A DNA stretch of 64,000 nt from the IMG/VR virus record IMGVR_UViG_3300045825_000547. One strand, 5' to 3'. Positions within the stretch are counted from its first letter, which is position 1. Each line of letters starts with the position of its first letter. The notes beneath the pieces were generated by a model that worked only from the letters and a program-made list of their open reading frames with translations, ran no database searches and was not told the DNA's origin. The translations under genes and the position numbers were made by a program. The stretch is from an uncultured virus (IMG/VR IMGVR_UViG_3300045825_000547) (Duplodnaviria; Heunggongvirae; Uroviricota; Caudoviricetes). Shown here one piece after another: positions 37,995 through 47,295 of this stretch.

Positions 37995-39611
37995 TTACCC
38001 TGGGAATATATGACCAGCCGGGTCGTTTTTAAACTTCCAGGCTTGGAATAATAAATTGTATGCATGAAATGCATCATCAGGCGTGGCGTGGTTAAATTTA
38101 GTAACCACGTTCCCTTTGTTGTCTATTGAACTTTCTTGGAATATAGCCAAGAACATCTTTGCAAGCTCTCTGAATTTAGGCCATTCGTAAAAATGGATTC
38201 TTCCCTCTTTAATTTGGTTAAAAGAGTCAATCATGCTTCTGCTTCTAGCTGCCTTAAACATTTGAGCTTTCACATCGTAGGTGAAACGCAATCTTTCCCC
38301 TGCGTATATACATTGGATTACCGGACAACTTACCTTTGACGCTAATAATTCATTTGCTGTCCATCCGCCGCCGTAATCGGGGATGATCATTTGAATATTA
38401 TAGTGGTCTGCTAGGTAGGCAATCTCGTCAATCAAAACTAACGGGTTTGTTTCATAGAATTTCTTTGCAAAAACTATAACAAATCTTTTAGTGTATATAT
38501 CATATCCCCCAACCATAAAGATGGTGAAACTTCGTTCAGCTGTGTGGCCCCAATCTAAACCGCCCCACAGTTCCCTAATTCCACAAGGAACTCCCGGCAA
38601 GTAATTAGGTTGCCAACCTTCTTCCCACATTGGGAACTCAAACGGACTCTTGCAAGCATGCACTAAATGGCGCTCTTGAATTAAAAACGCACCAGATCCC
38701 GCACTAAGCCCCATAACCTCGTTTTTGAAATGCTCTGGGGAGTAGTTCTCTTTCTTCTGAACGAGCTTTTTCCATTTAGCTGGTATGTGTACGTGACGAG
38801 GGAGCGCTATTTGGGGAATCCAGAAGCCTGCGAGTTCTTCATTTTGTGGCATTGTGGGGAAGAGGAAAGAATTTGATGGAATTGTGAGGTCGTATTTCTC
38901 TTTGCACTTCACGCAACGAAGCGCATCAGGTTTTATCATTTCTTCATTAGCTATGTCATGGTGTCCGGCAGGGCATACTAAGACTGGTTCCATTTGGTTG
39001 CTCTGATCCCATTTAATCTGTAAGCCGTTGTGGATAGTTTTAGGTGTCCCTGCGTACCAACTTTCAGGTGCAGTTTTCTGTCCCGACATAGTTTCCTCAA
39101 TAATCGATAGATAGTCTAACGGAATATCTTGGATCTCATCTATGAAGTTGACATGCACTGCCAAACCCCTGATTGCCTCAAGCTGTGTAGCTGCCCTGAA
39201 ATAAATACGAGCATCATTCACGAAGCTCTTCTCTTTCACGTTCTGTGTACACGTTTTGTCCACAAATAGTTTGGAGAAAGCGGGGGATTCATTCAACCTT
39301 GCCTGAATCTTTGCACTAGAGAACACCGATGTTTGCATAGTGGTAGGGCTCACATACAGATACTGCTTATAGGGGCTAGTTACCAAACTGGTAATTATTA
39401 CTGTCCCTAGAGAAACAGATTTGGCTGTTTGCCTACCACATTTCAAAACAACACTCGGTGCTTTTGTGTCAATTATCTGTTTAGAGAACTTAAAATCCTC
39501 AAAACTAATCTTCTTTCCTTCAAAGAAAAGTTTGGTTTCTGCAAGCTCACTTCGGCGAGTTTTGGTAAACCCTGCGAGATGCATTTGTCTTTTAAGTTCG
39601 TCTAAATCCAC
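37995..39611 (-). CDS. terL: Terminase large subunit
   Basis: Walker A-like VVLKCGRQTAKS, Walker B FIDEIQD, AGTPKT, nuclease GLDWG and PDDAFHA. Confidence 0.9.
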   Translation of the reverse strand: MDLDELKRQMHLAGFTKTRRSELAETKLFFEGKKISFEDFKFSKQIIDTKAPSVVLKCGRQTAKSVSLGTVIITSLVTSPYKQYLYVSPTTMQTSVFSSAKIQARLNESPAFSKLFVDKTCTQNVKEKSFVNDARIYFRAATQLEAIRGLAVHVNFIDEIQDIPLDYLSIIEETMSGQKTAPESWYAGTPKTIHNGLQIKWDQSNQMEPVLVCPAGHHDIANEEMIKPDALRCVKCKEKYDLTIPSNSFLFPTMPQNEELAGFWIPQIALPRHVHIPAKWKKLVQKKENYSPEHFKNEVMGLSAGSGAFLIQERHLVHACKSPFEFPMWEEGWQPNYLPGVPCGIRELWGGLDWGHTAERSFTIFMVGGYDIYTKRFVIVFAKKFYETNPLVLIDEIAYLADHYNIQMIIPDYGGGWTANELLASKVSCPVIQCIYAGERLRFTYDVKAQMFKAARSRSMIDSFNQIKEGRIHFYEWPKFRELAKMFLAIFQESSIDNKGNVVTKFNHATPDDAFHAYNLLFQAWKFKNDPAGHIFPG

Positions 39612-39658
39612 TGTGTCCCTCGTTCTTGTCTTCTATACCATACCCCTATTGTAACGGT

Positions 39659-40246
39659 TTATGGCACCTGTTGTAAAGCTGACTCCTGAAAGATGTGGCG
39701 ACACGCATAACACTCCCCCACTTTTTCCCCCCAACATTCCACTTTATACTCAATGATGGTTGGCCAATAACCATATTCTTCTGGCCACTCATCCTCTGTT
39801 GCGTTCCACAGTACTTGTAAATCCCGAGGCCCTCTTGGGAGAAGCTTGGGAAATTCTTTTGCGACCCTTTCACCTCCCATAGGAAACAAACAGCAGATTG
39901 GTTTGTTTTTGTTATACAAAGTAAATATGTCTTTCCCGATCTCGTAAATTGTTTGTTGTTGGAATTTAGGAAGCCCATAACAATCTAAAAACTTTTGCTG
40001 TTCTGTCAGGACGGCCCCGCGTTCATCGGTACTGCGTTGTTGTCTAAACATTTCAGACAACAGAAACAAAATAGTAAGTAAGTCCTGCATTTGATGTTTA
40101 TTGTCTTCATCGAAAGAGATTGATTCCTCAAACCCTTGGGTACATTCTATAGTAAGAACATATCTAAGAGGACCTTTTATGGCCTGATATGTTACTAACT
40201 TGCTTCGGTTCTCAATATCTTGGATGGATCTAGGAAGGTTTTGCAT
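39659..40246 (-). CDS. Hypothetical protein, tandem paralog 3
   Basis: QQTIYEIGKDIF...PICCLFPMG. Confidence 0.7.
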   Translation of the reverse strand: MQNLPRSIQDIENRSKLVTYQAIKGPLRYVLTIECTQGFEESISFDEDNKHQMQDLLTILFLLSEMFRQQRSTDERGAVLTEQQKFLDCYGLPKFQQQTIYEIGKDIFTLYNKNKPICCLFPMGGERVAKEFPKLLPRGPRDLQVLWNATEDEWPEEYGYWPTIIEYKVECWGEKVGECYACRHIFQESALQQVP

Positions 40247-40955
40247 TTATCGTGGCCTCCAGGCTTTGTTCTATATTAATATGTGCAATCTCGGGACCCA
40301 TTATATTCTTGTCAAAAGAAAATTTACACGGCCACTCTCTACCATCAGGGTCATGGTATACCAAACTGTCCACATAGATTTCGTGGAGATCTCCGCAGTC
40401 ATCTGTAGGCCAAGCGGGGCATTCCCATTCTATCCCCTCGTCTGTCTCTGCTGTGTAAGAATCATAAGAAAACATGTCCAATACAGCATCTTTAACTTCT
40501 TCCAGGTCGCACCCTAACGCCATGTAGTGTGCATGATCTAGAGCAAATAATGTACAAATAGATAGTCCACTTGGAAAAAATATACTCTTTCCTATTCTAT
40601 ATATAATATCTTGTTGGATATTCCCGTCATAACGCAAATTTTGGACAGTAATTAAACTATCCTCTGGTTTTATTTTGTTAGAGTAGTTATATTGGCTAAC
40701 TTGTTTAGTGCTGTGTGATTTGTCTATTAACCATAGCAAAGCATTTAGCTTCTGCATGTCTTCGCGGGACGAACGACGAATACAGATAGAGTCACTCCAT
40801 TGATCCTCCTCTCCGCTCCCACTATAAAGACATAATATGAAACAATCTCTATCTGGGAAAGGGGTGAATCTATGATCTACGTTTATTGTTATACCTGCAA
40901 ATGTTCGTTCGGGCGTTTTATCTGTAATATGGTAGGCTTCTATTGGTTTATCCAT
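40230..40955 (-). CDS. Hypothetical protein, tandem paralog 2
   Basis: QQDIIYRIGKSIF...SICTLF; start moved to ATG 40955. Confidence 0.7.
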   Translation of the reverse strand: MDKPIEAYHITDKTPERTFAGITINVDHRFTPFPDRDCFILCLYSGSGEEDQWSDSICIRRSSREDMQKLNALLWLIDKSHSTKQVSQYNYSNKIKPEDSLITVQNLRYDGNIQQDIIYRIGKSIFFPSGLSICTLFALDHAHYMALGCDLEEVKDAVLDMFSYDSYTAETDEGIEWECPAWPTDDCGDLHEIYVDSLVYHDPDGREWPCKFSFDKNIMGPEIAHINIEQSLEATINAKPS

Positions 40956-41493
40956 CTTTTGCTCCTTCTCTCTCATCTACAACTTTGACATTTGTTTCCA
41001 CCAAATACTCTTTTCCTTCTTTATCGAAGTAGCATACTGACCATCCTTGGATGATTACTGGGTCCTCATCTAGGCTTGGCCATTCATGCTCTCCCCACCC
41101 TTCGTCAATTAGCAAAATTCCTCTATACCCGTTCGCATATGCCGGGTACTCTTTTGTTATTAGTTCAGGCCCCATAGGAAACAAAGAACAAATAGGTCTT
41201 ATTGGGTTATGAGATAGGAAAAGTTTCTTACCGGCTTCAAATATTATGCTCTGTTGTTCTAACCCTCTATCCCTACTAGAGGAGTATTGATCGTCGACCT
41301 TGTCCAGATAATTCAGCAAGTAAATCCCCATTTTAAGTATCTCCATCGCTTCAGGGTTTGCAGGATCTATTTGTGTATCATCTTTATACCTATCTGCATC
41401 CTCACGAGATCCCGAAAAAACAGATAAAACAAATTTATCTGCCGGAAAATCTGCTCTCTTTGTGACTACTAGATCTACTTTTGGTCTAATCAT
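40948..41493 (-). CDS. Hypothetical protein, tandem paralog 1
   Basis: QQSIIFEAGKKLF...PICSLFPMG; start moved to ATG 41493 overlapping the dut stop. Confidence 0.7.
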   Translation of the reverse strand: MIRPKVDLVVTKRADFPADKFVLSVFSGSREDADRYKDDTQIDPANPEAMEILKMGIYLLNYLDKVDDQYSSSRDRGLEQQSIIFEAGKKLFLSHNPIRPICSLFPMGPELITKEYPAYANGYRGILLIDEGWGEHEWPSLDEDPVIIQGWSVCYFDKEGKEYLVETNVKVVDEREGAKDG

Positions 41494-41938
41494 TGTTCCC
41501 TCCGTCTGTGCTCCCGAATCCTCCGGCCCCTCTTTTGCTTCCTTGTGAGGTTTCCCCCTCTTGTAGCCTAACTTTGAAGAAAGGACAGAAAACCATTTGT
41601 GCAATCTTAGACCCTTTTTGTACCACAATTGGTATATCTGAGATATTGCGCATAATTGCGCCAACTTCTCCCTCAAAGCCTGGGTCAACGGTCCCGGGAG
41701 CATTTGCTACTACTAATCCATTTATGCTATTCCCGCTTCGGCTGCGAACTTGTCCCTCCATTCTATCCGGTAGCCAAAGAGAGAATCCTAGCTTAAATAC
41801 ATACACTTCGTTAGGTTTCAAATATTTCTGTTCTAAGCTAACAAGATCCATTCCCGCGTCACCGTCATGTGCGTACTCTGGAATTTTTGCTTCTGGGTGA
41901 AGAAGCTTAATTATTGGGCTTTCTATTTTATGTATCAT
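41486..41938 (-). CDS. dut: Trimeric dUTPase
   Basis: AGMDL, RSRSG, GTVDPGFEGE, KIAQ, RGAGGFGST (motifs 1-5). Confidence 0.95.
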   Translation of the reverse strand: MIHKIESPIIKLLHPEAKIPEYAHDGDAGMDLVSLEQKYLKPNEVYVFKLGFSLWLPDRMEGQVRSRSGNSINGLVVANAPGTVDPGFEGEVGAIMRNISDIPIVVQKGSKIAQMVFCPFFKVRLQEGETSQGSKRGAGGFGSTDGGNND

Positions 41939-42519
41939 TATTTTTTCCTCTTTGGTGTAATAGTATTACTTATATTTTTTATCAATGTGTCTTGGCTATT
42001 TAAGCAAGACAAAATATTTCTTTCTTCTTCCTCGCCGTGGTATAGAATGGTGAAAGACTGTGTTGGGTCGTTTAGTTCTGACATATTTACAAAGTTCTCT
42101 AGAGAGATCACGACTCTGTTATCTGGCCTATATTCCAGTTTTGGGGTGGCTTGTTCCGTGGAGAATAGAATCATTCTTCCTGTATATACTAGCGACCCCA
42201 GCGCAGAGTCAGAATCAAACTCCACATCTTTCACTTCTATGAAAATAGTTCCTCTACCCCAGATATTATTCACTTGGGCGATATCAACTTTTAGGACTGC
42301 ACCTTCTACTTTGCTCTTTACGTAATGCAAAAGTGGGCCTGGGTTAAAACTGTTCCTTTCTCTGTACTTTTCCTCTTTTTCTTCTAGCTCTTTTTCTTTC
42401 TTCCCTAATTCTCTTCTTTCCAGAATCAGGTTTATCATAGGAGAGCTACTTTTTGCCACTACTTGTTCTAGGAAGCTACTTCCTTCTTTAAGCTTCAGTG
42501 GTTTTCTTTTTGTTTCCAT
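41938..42519 (-). CDS. Hypothetical protein
   Basis: TAATG coupling. Confidence 0.65.
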   Translation of the reverse strand: METKRKPLKLKEGSSFLEQVVAKSSSPMINLILERRELGKKEKELEEKEEKYRERNSFNPGPLLHYVKSKVEGAVLKVDIAQVNNIWGRGTIFIEVKDVEFDSDSALGSLVYTGRMILFSTEQATPKLEYRPDNRVVISLENFVNMSELNDPTQSFTILYHGEEEERNILSCLNSQDTLIKNISNTITPKRKK

Positions 42520-42707
42520 TACTGATTGTCCTCTGTTCTTTCCAGTCCCGCATATTTTATGGGGACTAGGTAATAATTAAAATAATCGGCATTCCAGCCG
42601 CGTTCAAATTGGTTAATTGTGTCTACAACTGATACCAATTTCTTTGTTCGCTTCTCTCTCACTTCCCACGCAAAAAGCCCTTCTGTTTCAGGAACGTTTG
42701 TTTTCAT
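42519..42707 (-). CDS. Small hypothetical protein
   Basis: In tight operon. Confidence 0.55.
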   Translation of the reverse strand: MKTNVPETEGLFAWEVREKRTKKLVSVVDTINQFERGWNADYFNYYLVPIKYAGLERTEDNQ

Positions 42708-42709
42708 GT

Positions 42710-42973
42710 TTAGCCCTCTTCTTCTATAATTCCTACAGTTTTTTTCTTGTCTTTAAAACGACCGATAGCTTTTTCTAGATTAATCCCTTTTATCGGTTCA
42801 TAATTCTGCGGCTCGTACTCTAACCGCGGCTCTAAAAGAAAAGGGGAATACTCTGCAGGATCCGGGAGGTTGCAAAGCGCTTCCCTTCGGGGGATGGAGT
42901 TTTTTCTTAGCTGATCCATCTCACTAGTTCGGAGAAGAAATCTCGCGGCATTTTTCTTCTCATCTCTTGCCAT
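42710..42973 (-). CDS. Small hypothetical protein
   Basis: In tight operon. Confidence 0.5.
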   Translation of the reverse strand: MARDEKKNAARFLLRTSEMDQLRKNSIPRREALCNLPDPAEYSPFLLEPRLEYEPQNYEPIKGINLEKAIGRFKDKKKTVGIIEEEG

Positions 42974-43289
42974 CAGGGAAAAGCTCCGATCTTAGAAATT
43001 GCTTTTGCCCGGTAGCTGCAGAATTTAACCCCTCTGCAATAGAGAACTCCGCAGTGCATGAAGCTCCTGGGATTAACACGGCTATATTAGCATTCAGTAG
43101 AGCAGTAAGATCCCACTGGTCTTTCGGCTCGTTAGGGATGAGTAGATCCGCTTTACTTGTCCCCCACACCCCTTTTCCTAAATGTTCGCCCTCAAGAGAT
43201 TCCCATGTCTCTTTGCTTCTTATAAACCCCCTCCCAGATGGAAGGCTATACCAAACATCTTTTGCTGGAATGAAATTTGATTTTTTCAT
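42960..43289 (-). CDS. Hypothetical protein, WY...AExL family
   Basis: AKDVWYSL ... SIAEGL. Confidence 0.7.
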   Translation of the reverse strand: MKKSNFIPAKDVWYSLPSGRGFIRSKETWESLEGEHLGKGVWGTSKADLLIPNEPKDQWDLTALLNANIAVLIPGASCTAEFSIAEGLNSAATGQKQFLRSELFPDGKR

Positions 43290-43295
43290 TACCTT

Positions 43296-43724
43296 TTATC
43301 CCCCTTTTGTACTTAATAAAATTTTCATGTCTTTATACTCTGTAGCATTTTTGTGATACAGCTCCACGGAACGATTTTGTGCATATGCTTCCGCCAATAC
43401 TTCCGCATGATTGGCAGGAACTACGCGATAAATATGCATTGCTCCCCCATTTACTTCTGCTGGACTGCCCACAAATAGCGTGTAGCTGTTTTCCATAAAA
43501 AAGGCACGAGTTATTGCCCCTTGCTTTGTGACAGCGAAGACTAAACAGTTCTCCGTTTTTGGGTCATCATGTTTTCCCTCGTAATAGATCCAGATGTTTT
43601 CGGGGAAAGAAATGATCTCCTTATACGGGATTATGGGCAGTTTCGCGTATGCGTGGATGAATAAGTTTTTTCGTGGGACAACTATGCCTAGTTTCGATGC
43701 GGAATGATCTATGAGTGTTTCCAT
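43296..43724 (-). CDS. Hypothetical protein, WY...AExL family (divergent)
   Basis: PENIWIY ... NHAEVL. Confidence 0.65.
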   Translation of the reverse strand: METLIDHSASKLGIVVPRKNLFIHAYAKLPIIPYKEIISFPENIWIYYEGKHDDPKTENCLVFAVTKQGAITRAFFMENSYTLFVGSPAEVNGGAMHIYRVVPANHAEVLAEAYAQNRSVELYHKNATEYKDMKILLSTKGG

Positions 43725-43746
43725 TGTTTTCTCCTCGGAATAATAT

Positions 43747-44040
43747 TTAACATGAGAATACTCCGTACACGTAGGAGTATTTTTCGTTCTGGCTTTTCTC
43801 TTTGGTGAGCATTTCTTCTTTCTGCTCTGCTTCCTCTTGCCCTAGCTTTGTGTAGATATAGCGAGTCATCGGGTAAAATATATGGTGTGCATCTACCTTG
43901 GTGGGGGAATACACATGCGCACAAGAAGTGGCAATTCCTCCAGACGTCTGGAGGGCGTTCCCGTGAAGAGGTTTAATAAATCTGATGTCTTCCCTACTGA
44001 GATCCACCCGGTACCAAATACCACCTTGTAGTTCGTTCAT
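43747..44040 (-). CDS. Hypothetical protein, WY...AExL family
   Basis: QGGIWYRV ... EEAEQ; SD aaggagg. Confidence 0.7.
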   Translation of the reverse strand: MNELQGGIWYRVDLSREDIRFIKPLHGNALQTSGGIATSCAHVYSPTKVDAHHIFYPMTRYIYTKLGQEEAEQKEEMLTKEKSQNEKYSYVYGVFSC

Positions 44041-44108
44041 GGTTCCTCCTTATAATAAATAACCTAAAAAGAAAAGGCGAGAGTCTGTCACTCTTCCCGC
44101 CCCCGGTG

Positions 44109-44660
44109 TTACCCGGGTATTATTTTTGCGTAAGTCAAGCCTAGGCTTAAGGCCTCTTCCCTTGTGGTAGGACGACCCCCAGCAGGCAAATCCATAACGG
44201 CTTCACTTGCCCTTATTGGGGCACCGGGGTGGAAAGTCCACAAAGTGAGACCCTCTTCCCCATTCTCCTTCGGTCCGAGAATAAGAACTGTGAAGGATGT
44301 TTCCTGCAGTTCTCGTCCTTTCGGGAGTTTTGCTGCAAGCGAGGCTTTCCCCACCCCTTTAGGATCTATAAGATGCATATCTTGGCACTCATCCTCTTCG
44401 AGAGTGTCAATTGGATAAACCCCCATAAAGCCCGGTATGAAGGCTACCAAACCTACGCACCCCGCGGTAATGCTTGTGTGTGGGTAGGTTGTCCACTCAG
44501 CCCCAAGCACTGCCGCTTTAATCTCCTCCGGGAGAAGATTATAATAGCTGCCGGCCTGCGAGGGGCCTGCTGCCCTTTGGCTGCAGCATTTAGCCAAATA
44601 GCTCGGATCAGCGGTTATCGCGGTAACAATCTCGTTTTTTGAAAGTTTCATTGTTGTCAT
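44109..44660 (-). CDS. Hypothetical protein (first gene after phage promoter)
   Basis: 183 aa; SD gaggag; WTFHPG motif. Confidence 0.7.
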   Translation of the reverse strand: MTTMKLSKNEIVTAITADPSYLAKCCSQRAAGPSQAGSYYNLLPEEIKAAVLGAEWTTYPHTSITAGCVGLVAFIPGFMGVYPIDTLEEDECQDMHLIDPKGVGKASLAAKLPKGRELQETSFTVLILGPKENGEEGLTLWTFHPGAPIRASEAVMDLPAGGRPTTREEALSLGLTYAKIIPG

Positions 44661-44749
44661 AATTTCTCCTCGACCAAAATAAGGTCAAAAATAATAAATA
44701 ATCCTTCCTAGTTTCTTCCATCCATAATGGAAGTCTTGGGCTCATTATT

Positions 44750-44779
44750 CTTATGCCAAAAATAGATAGGAAATTAACC
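44750..44779 (-). promoter_or_regulatory. Putative phage-specific promoter, copy 5
   Basis: GGTTAAT-N13-TTGGCATAAG. Confidence 0.75.
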
Positions 44780-44828
44780 AAGTTTTAGTGGTGTAAAATT
44801 ATATATATATAAGTGTGGAGACTTTGAA

Positions 44829-45244
44829 ATGTTTAACCCGGAAATGAATTATGTATTAGAGAAATTCGCGATGCAGGCCTGGATGAAAAGAGATATGTTA
44901 GGAGTTGGTACCAGAAATGGTGTGACAGAACTACTTGGCGTGTAGGGAATGAAAGGGGGGAGAAATTAATTGGGAACCATGGCAGAGCGGGTTTTGAAAT
45001 GGCCCGTGCAGGGCAGGATCTTCACCAATTTAAATCTGAAAATTTAAGGTCTTATGGGGTTACTACAAAAGAAAAAGCGACAAATGCAGGAAATACCCGC
45101 TTACAACGTTATCGTCAAGAACAACGTGCTATTCCTGAAACAACCAGAGAGTCCCAAGCACAAATAGACAAGAATACCCGTGAATCTTATACTAATAAGC
45201 ACCAAACAGTTAAAGCAGACAAATACCCAGAATTCTCTTTCTAA
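44829..45244 (+). pseudogene. Probable frameshifted KxA-leader gene
   Basis: MFNPEMNYVLEKFA... stops at ~44945; the frame of the 44999 ORF is open from 44837, so one indel would join them. Confidence 0.35.
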
Positions 45245-45283
45245 GCTAAAAGAAAACAGAGATTAGTTTCCCTGTTTTCTTTT
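45243..45283. terminator. Bidirectional intrinsic terminator
   Basis: aaaagaaaacag / ctgttttctttt; minus-strand tail TTTTAGCTT. Confidence 0.8.
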
Positions 45284-45284
45284 T

Positions 45285-45650
45285 CTATTCTTCTTCCTCC
45301 TTCTTCTCCTTAAAAGGGAAAGGGCGGAGATTCAGTCCTATCTCCCCCAGCCACGCAAGTGCTTCGTCTCGGGAATCAAAGTCTGCACTCTGGGCAGTAT
45401 GCCCGCTCTGTAGAGAAAACTGAACATACCAAAAATTAGCATTCAGTTGTGTCTCAAGTTCTTGGATTTTGTCTTTCAGGGTTGGCTGCCCGGATAAATG
45501 CGTTTCTTCTAGTCTAGATTCATACGCACTTTTGATGCCTTCAAGTCGTTTTCTATCTTCTGAGCTGTAAGTGTGGACACGTCTATTGCTTTCCAAAAGC
45601 CGCATACTCTCCGGAGCAGCTATCCACACATCTTTATCAATTTCTATCAT
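45285..45650 (-). CDS. Hypothetical protein
   Basis: ATGA overlap; DKDVWIA start loosely like the WY family. Confidence 0.65.
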   Translation of the reverse strand: MIEIDKDVWIAAPESMRLLESNRRVHTYSSEDRKRLEGIKSAYESRLEETHLSGQPTLKDKIQELETQLNANFWYVQFSLQSGHTAQSADFDSRDEALAWLGEIGLNLRPFPFKEKKEEEE

Positions 45651-46153
45651 TCTAATTTCCTTTGCATTTTATAATATAATTTCTCTAATTCATCTTGTTC
45701 CTCCCTTTCGGTATAATCCAATCTACGAAAGGGAATCCCCAATTCTTCCAACAAAATGATCCCCATTAGCGCTTGTTCATGCCCATACCCGCGGCTTTCA
45801 CAGTTCCATAAAGAGAATTTCTTCTCTTCTAGATTGATATATGGGTAGGTGTCATCTAGGATATGATTCCCCACAATAGAGTCCATATTCTCTCGGATCT
45901 CTTTCTCGGTAGCAGCCCTTGGCCATTTGTTGCGTGTTCCTTGACTTGTCACCCACTCATTTCTTCCTTCGTATAGGCGACCGTCGTGGTAACCTTCCTC
46001 TATAAATATGGAGTGGGAGAAAGGAAAAGAGTCTTTGTCCGCAGGAGTGACACGGCAGAGCGCATCGATCAACTCTTGCCTATTTTTCATTAGGCGTACC
46101 CACCGTTCTTCGTAATATCTGGTTGTTTTATGTTTACTACTCATACTGACCAC
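45647..46153 (-). CDS. Hypothetical protein
   Basis: 168-aa ORF in operon. Confidence 0.65.
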   Translation of the reverse strand: MVSMSSKHKTTRYYEERWVRLMKNRQELIDALCRVTPADKDSFPFSHSIFIEEGYHDGRLYEGRNEWVTSQGTRNKWPRAATEKEIRENMDSIVGNHILDDTYPYINLEEKKFSLWNCESRGYGHEQALMGIILLEELGIPFRRLDYTEREEQDELEKLYYKMQRKLE

Positions 46154-46177
46154 AGTCCTTGAAAAAGCGTTGTCGCA

Positions 46178-46441
46178 TTAGTTTGCATGTCGAGGCTCTC
46201 CTTCGTATGGAGGAATTCTTTCCATTTCCTCTGCCTCTTCTATGTGGCATAAATTATAATCATCACCAGGGTATACCCACAGTCCGGTATGGGGTTGGGT
46301 CCAGCTCCTGCGAGTTATCTGGGCCGAAATCACCCGCCCCTCTTTAGTGGGGAATGCTATGGTTAGCCTAGGCTTTATATACTTCTGCGTTGACCCAAAA
46401 CGGTACCAAAGGTCCTTTTTAAATTCTTCTACCATCTGCAT
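46178..46441 (-). CDS. Hypothetical protein, WY...AExL family
   Basis: KKDLWYRF ... EEAEEM. Confidence 0.65.
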   Translation of the reverse strand: MQMVEEFKKDLWYRFGSTQKYIKPRLTIAFPTKEGRVISAQITRRSWTQPHTGLWVYPGDDYNLCHIEEAEEMERIPPYEGEPRHAN

Positions 46442-46728
46442 TTCTCCGCCTCCTGCGTTAGTATCTCCGCTTTATCTACTCCCACCAAATGGAAAGTTGT
46501 GCCAGAGGGAAAACGATGACTGGCTAAGCTATAAAGCCTCTGCCCATACCCTATGTCAGTGCATAATAGGCCATCTCTTTCCTCCTCCACGATTGCATAT
46601 CTGGTAGGTCTGAGATATTGCAGCGGCTTAATAGTTGAGTTCTGCGCCATATCAACTCGATACCACACCCAGAAGGTCAGTTTTTGCTTTTCTACACGCG
46701 TGCCAGTGTTACCTGCGGGAATACCCAT
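46429..46728 (-). CDS. Hypothetical protein, WY...AExL family
   Basis: FWVWYRV ... DKAEIL. Confidence 0.65.
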   Translation of the reverse strand: MGIPAGNTGTRVEKQKLTFWVWYRVDMAQNSTIKPLQYLRPTRYAIVEEERDGLLCTDIGYGQRLYSLASHRFPSGTTFHLVGVDKAEILTQEAEKCRW

Positions 46729-47033
46729 AGTTTTCCTCCTTTCATTTCTTTTTCCTTCCGCTCTCGCGCTAATTGATTTTCTAATCTTTCAGCTTTCTCA
46801 AAAGAAGCTGGAATAAAATAATCGTCCTGTCTCTTGTCCTTATCTCCACATAACCCGATCTCGTCCGTGGGCGTGAGGACTGTGTAGTTTAAGTAATTTT
46901 CTGCAATTCCGGAGTCCCCTGCTTTAACCCACTGTTTCCATGAAACTCCGCCCTTGTAGCTTTTATCACTATGAAACCTGTACCACATCCCTTCATGGAT
47001 GTGCTTAACTCCTTTACTAATACCGCTCTTCAT
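46692..47033 (-). CDS. Hypothetical protein, WY...AExL family
   Basis: HEGMWYRF ... PASFEKAERLENQL. Confidence 0.7.
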   Translation of the reverse strand: MKSGISKGVKHIHEGMWYRFHSDKSYKGGVSWKQWVKAGDSGIAENYLNYTVLTPTDEIGLCGDKDKRQDDYFIPASFEKAERLENQLARERKEKEMKGGKLWVFPQVTLARV

Positions 47034-47295
47034 CTACCCACCCCTCTAGTCGTAATTGTTTTTCTAATCTTTCAGCTTGTTTAAAAGTTGCTGGGGTAAA
47101 CGAAATGTTGGGTTTAGGTCCTGCACCCCGAATTTCTTCTCTTAAGGGGAGTAGCGTCACAAAATGTAACTCGTGGTAACAATTTCCAGAGCCTCTAGCC
47201 TTAGCCCACCGTCTCTCCACCAATCGCATATCACATACATTTTTACAACGATATCTGTACCACATACCCTCATTGATCTCGTAAACTTTATTCAT
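47017..47295 (-). CDS. Hypothetical protein, WY...AExL family
   Basis: NEGMWYRY ... PATFKQAERLEKQL. Confidence 0.7.
   Translation of the reverse strand: MNKVYEINEGMWYRYRCKNVCDMRLVERRWAKARGSGNCYHELHFVTLLPLREEIRGAGPKPNISFTPATFKQAERLEKQLRLEGWVDEERY

Noticed and set aside
41494..41703. N-terminal extension of the 40948-41703 ORF
   Set aside because: It overlaps dut out of frame; ATG 41493 with an SD is the better start.
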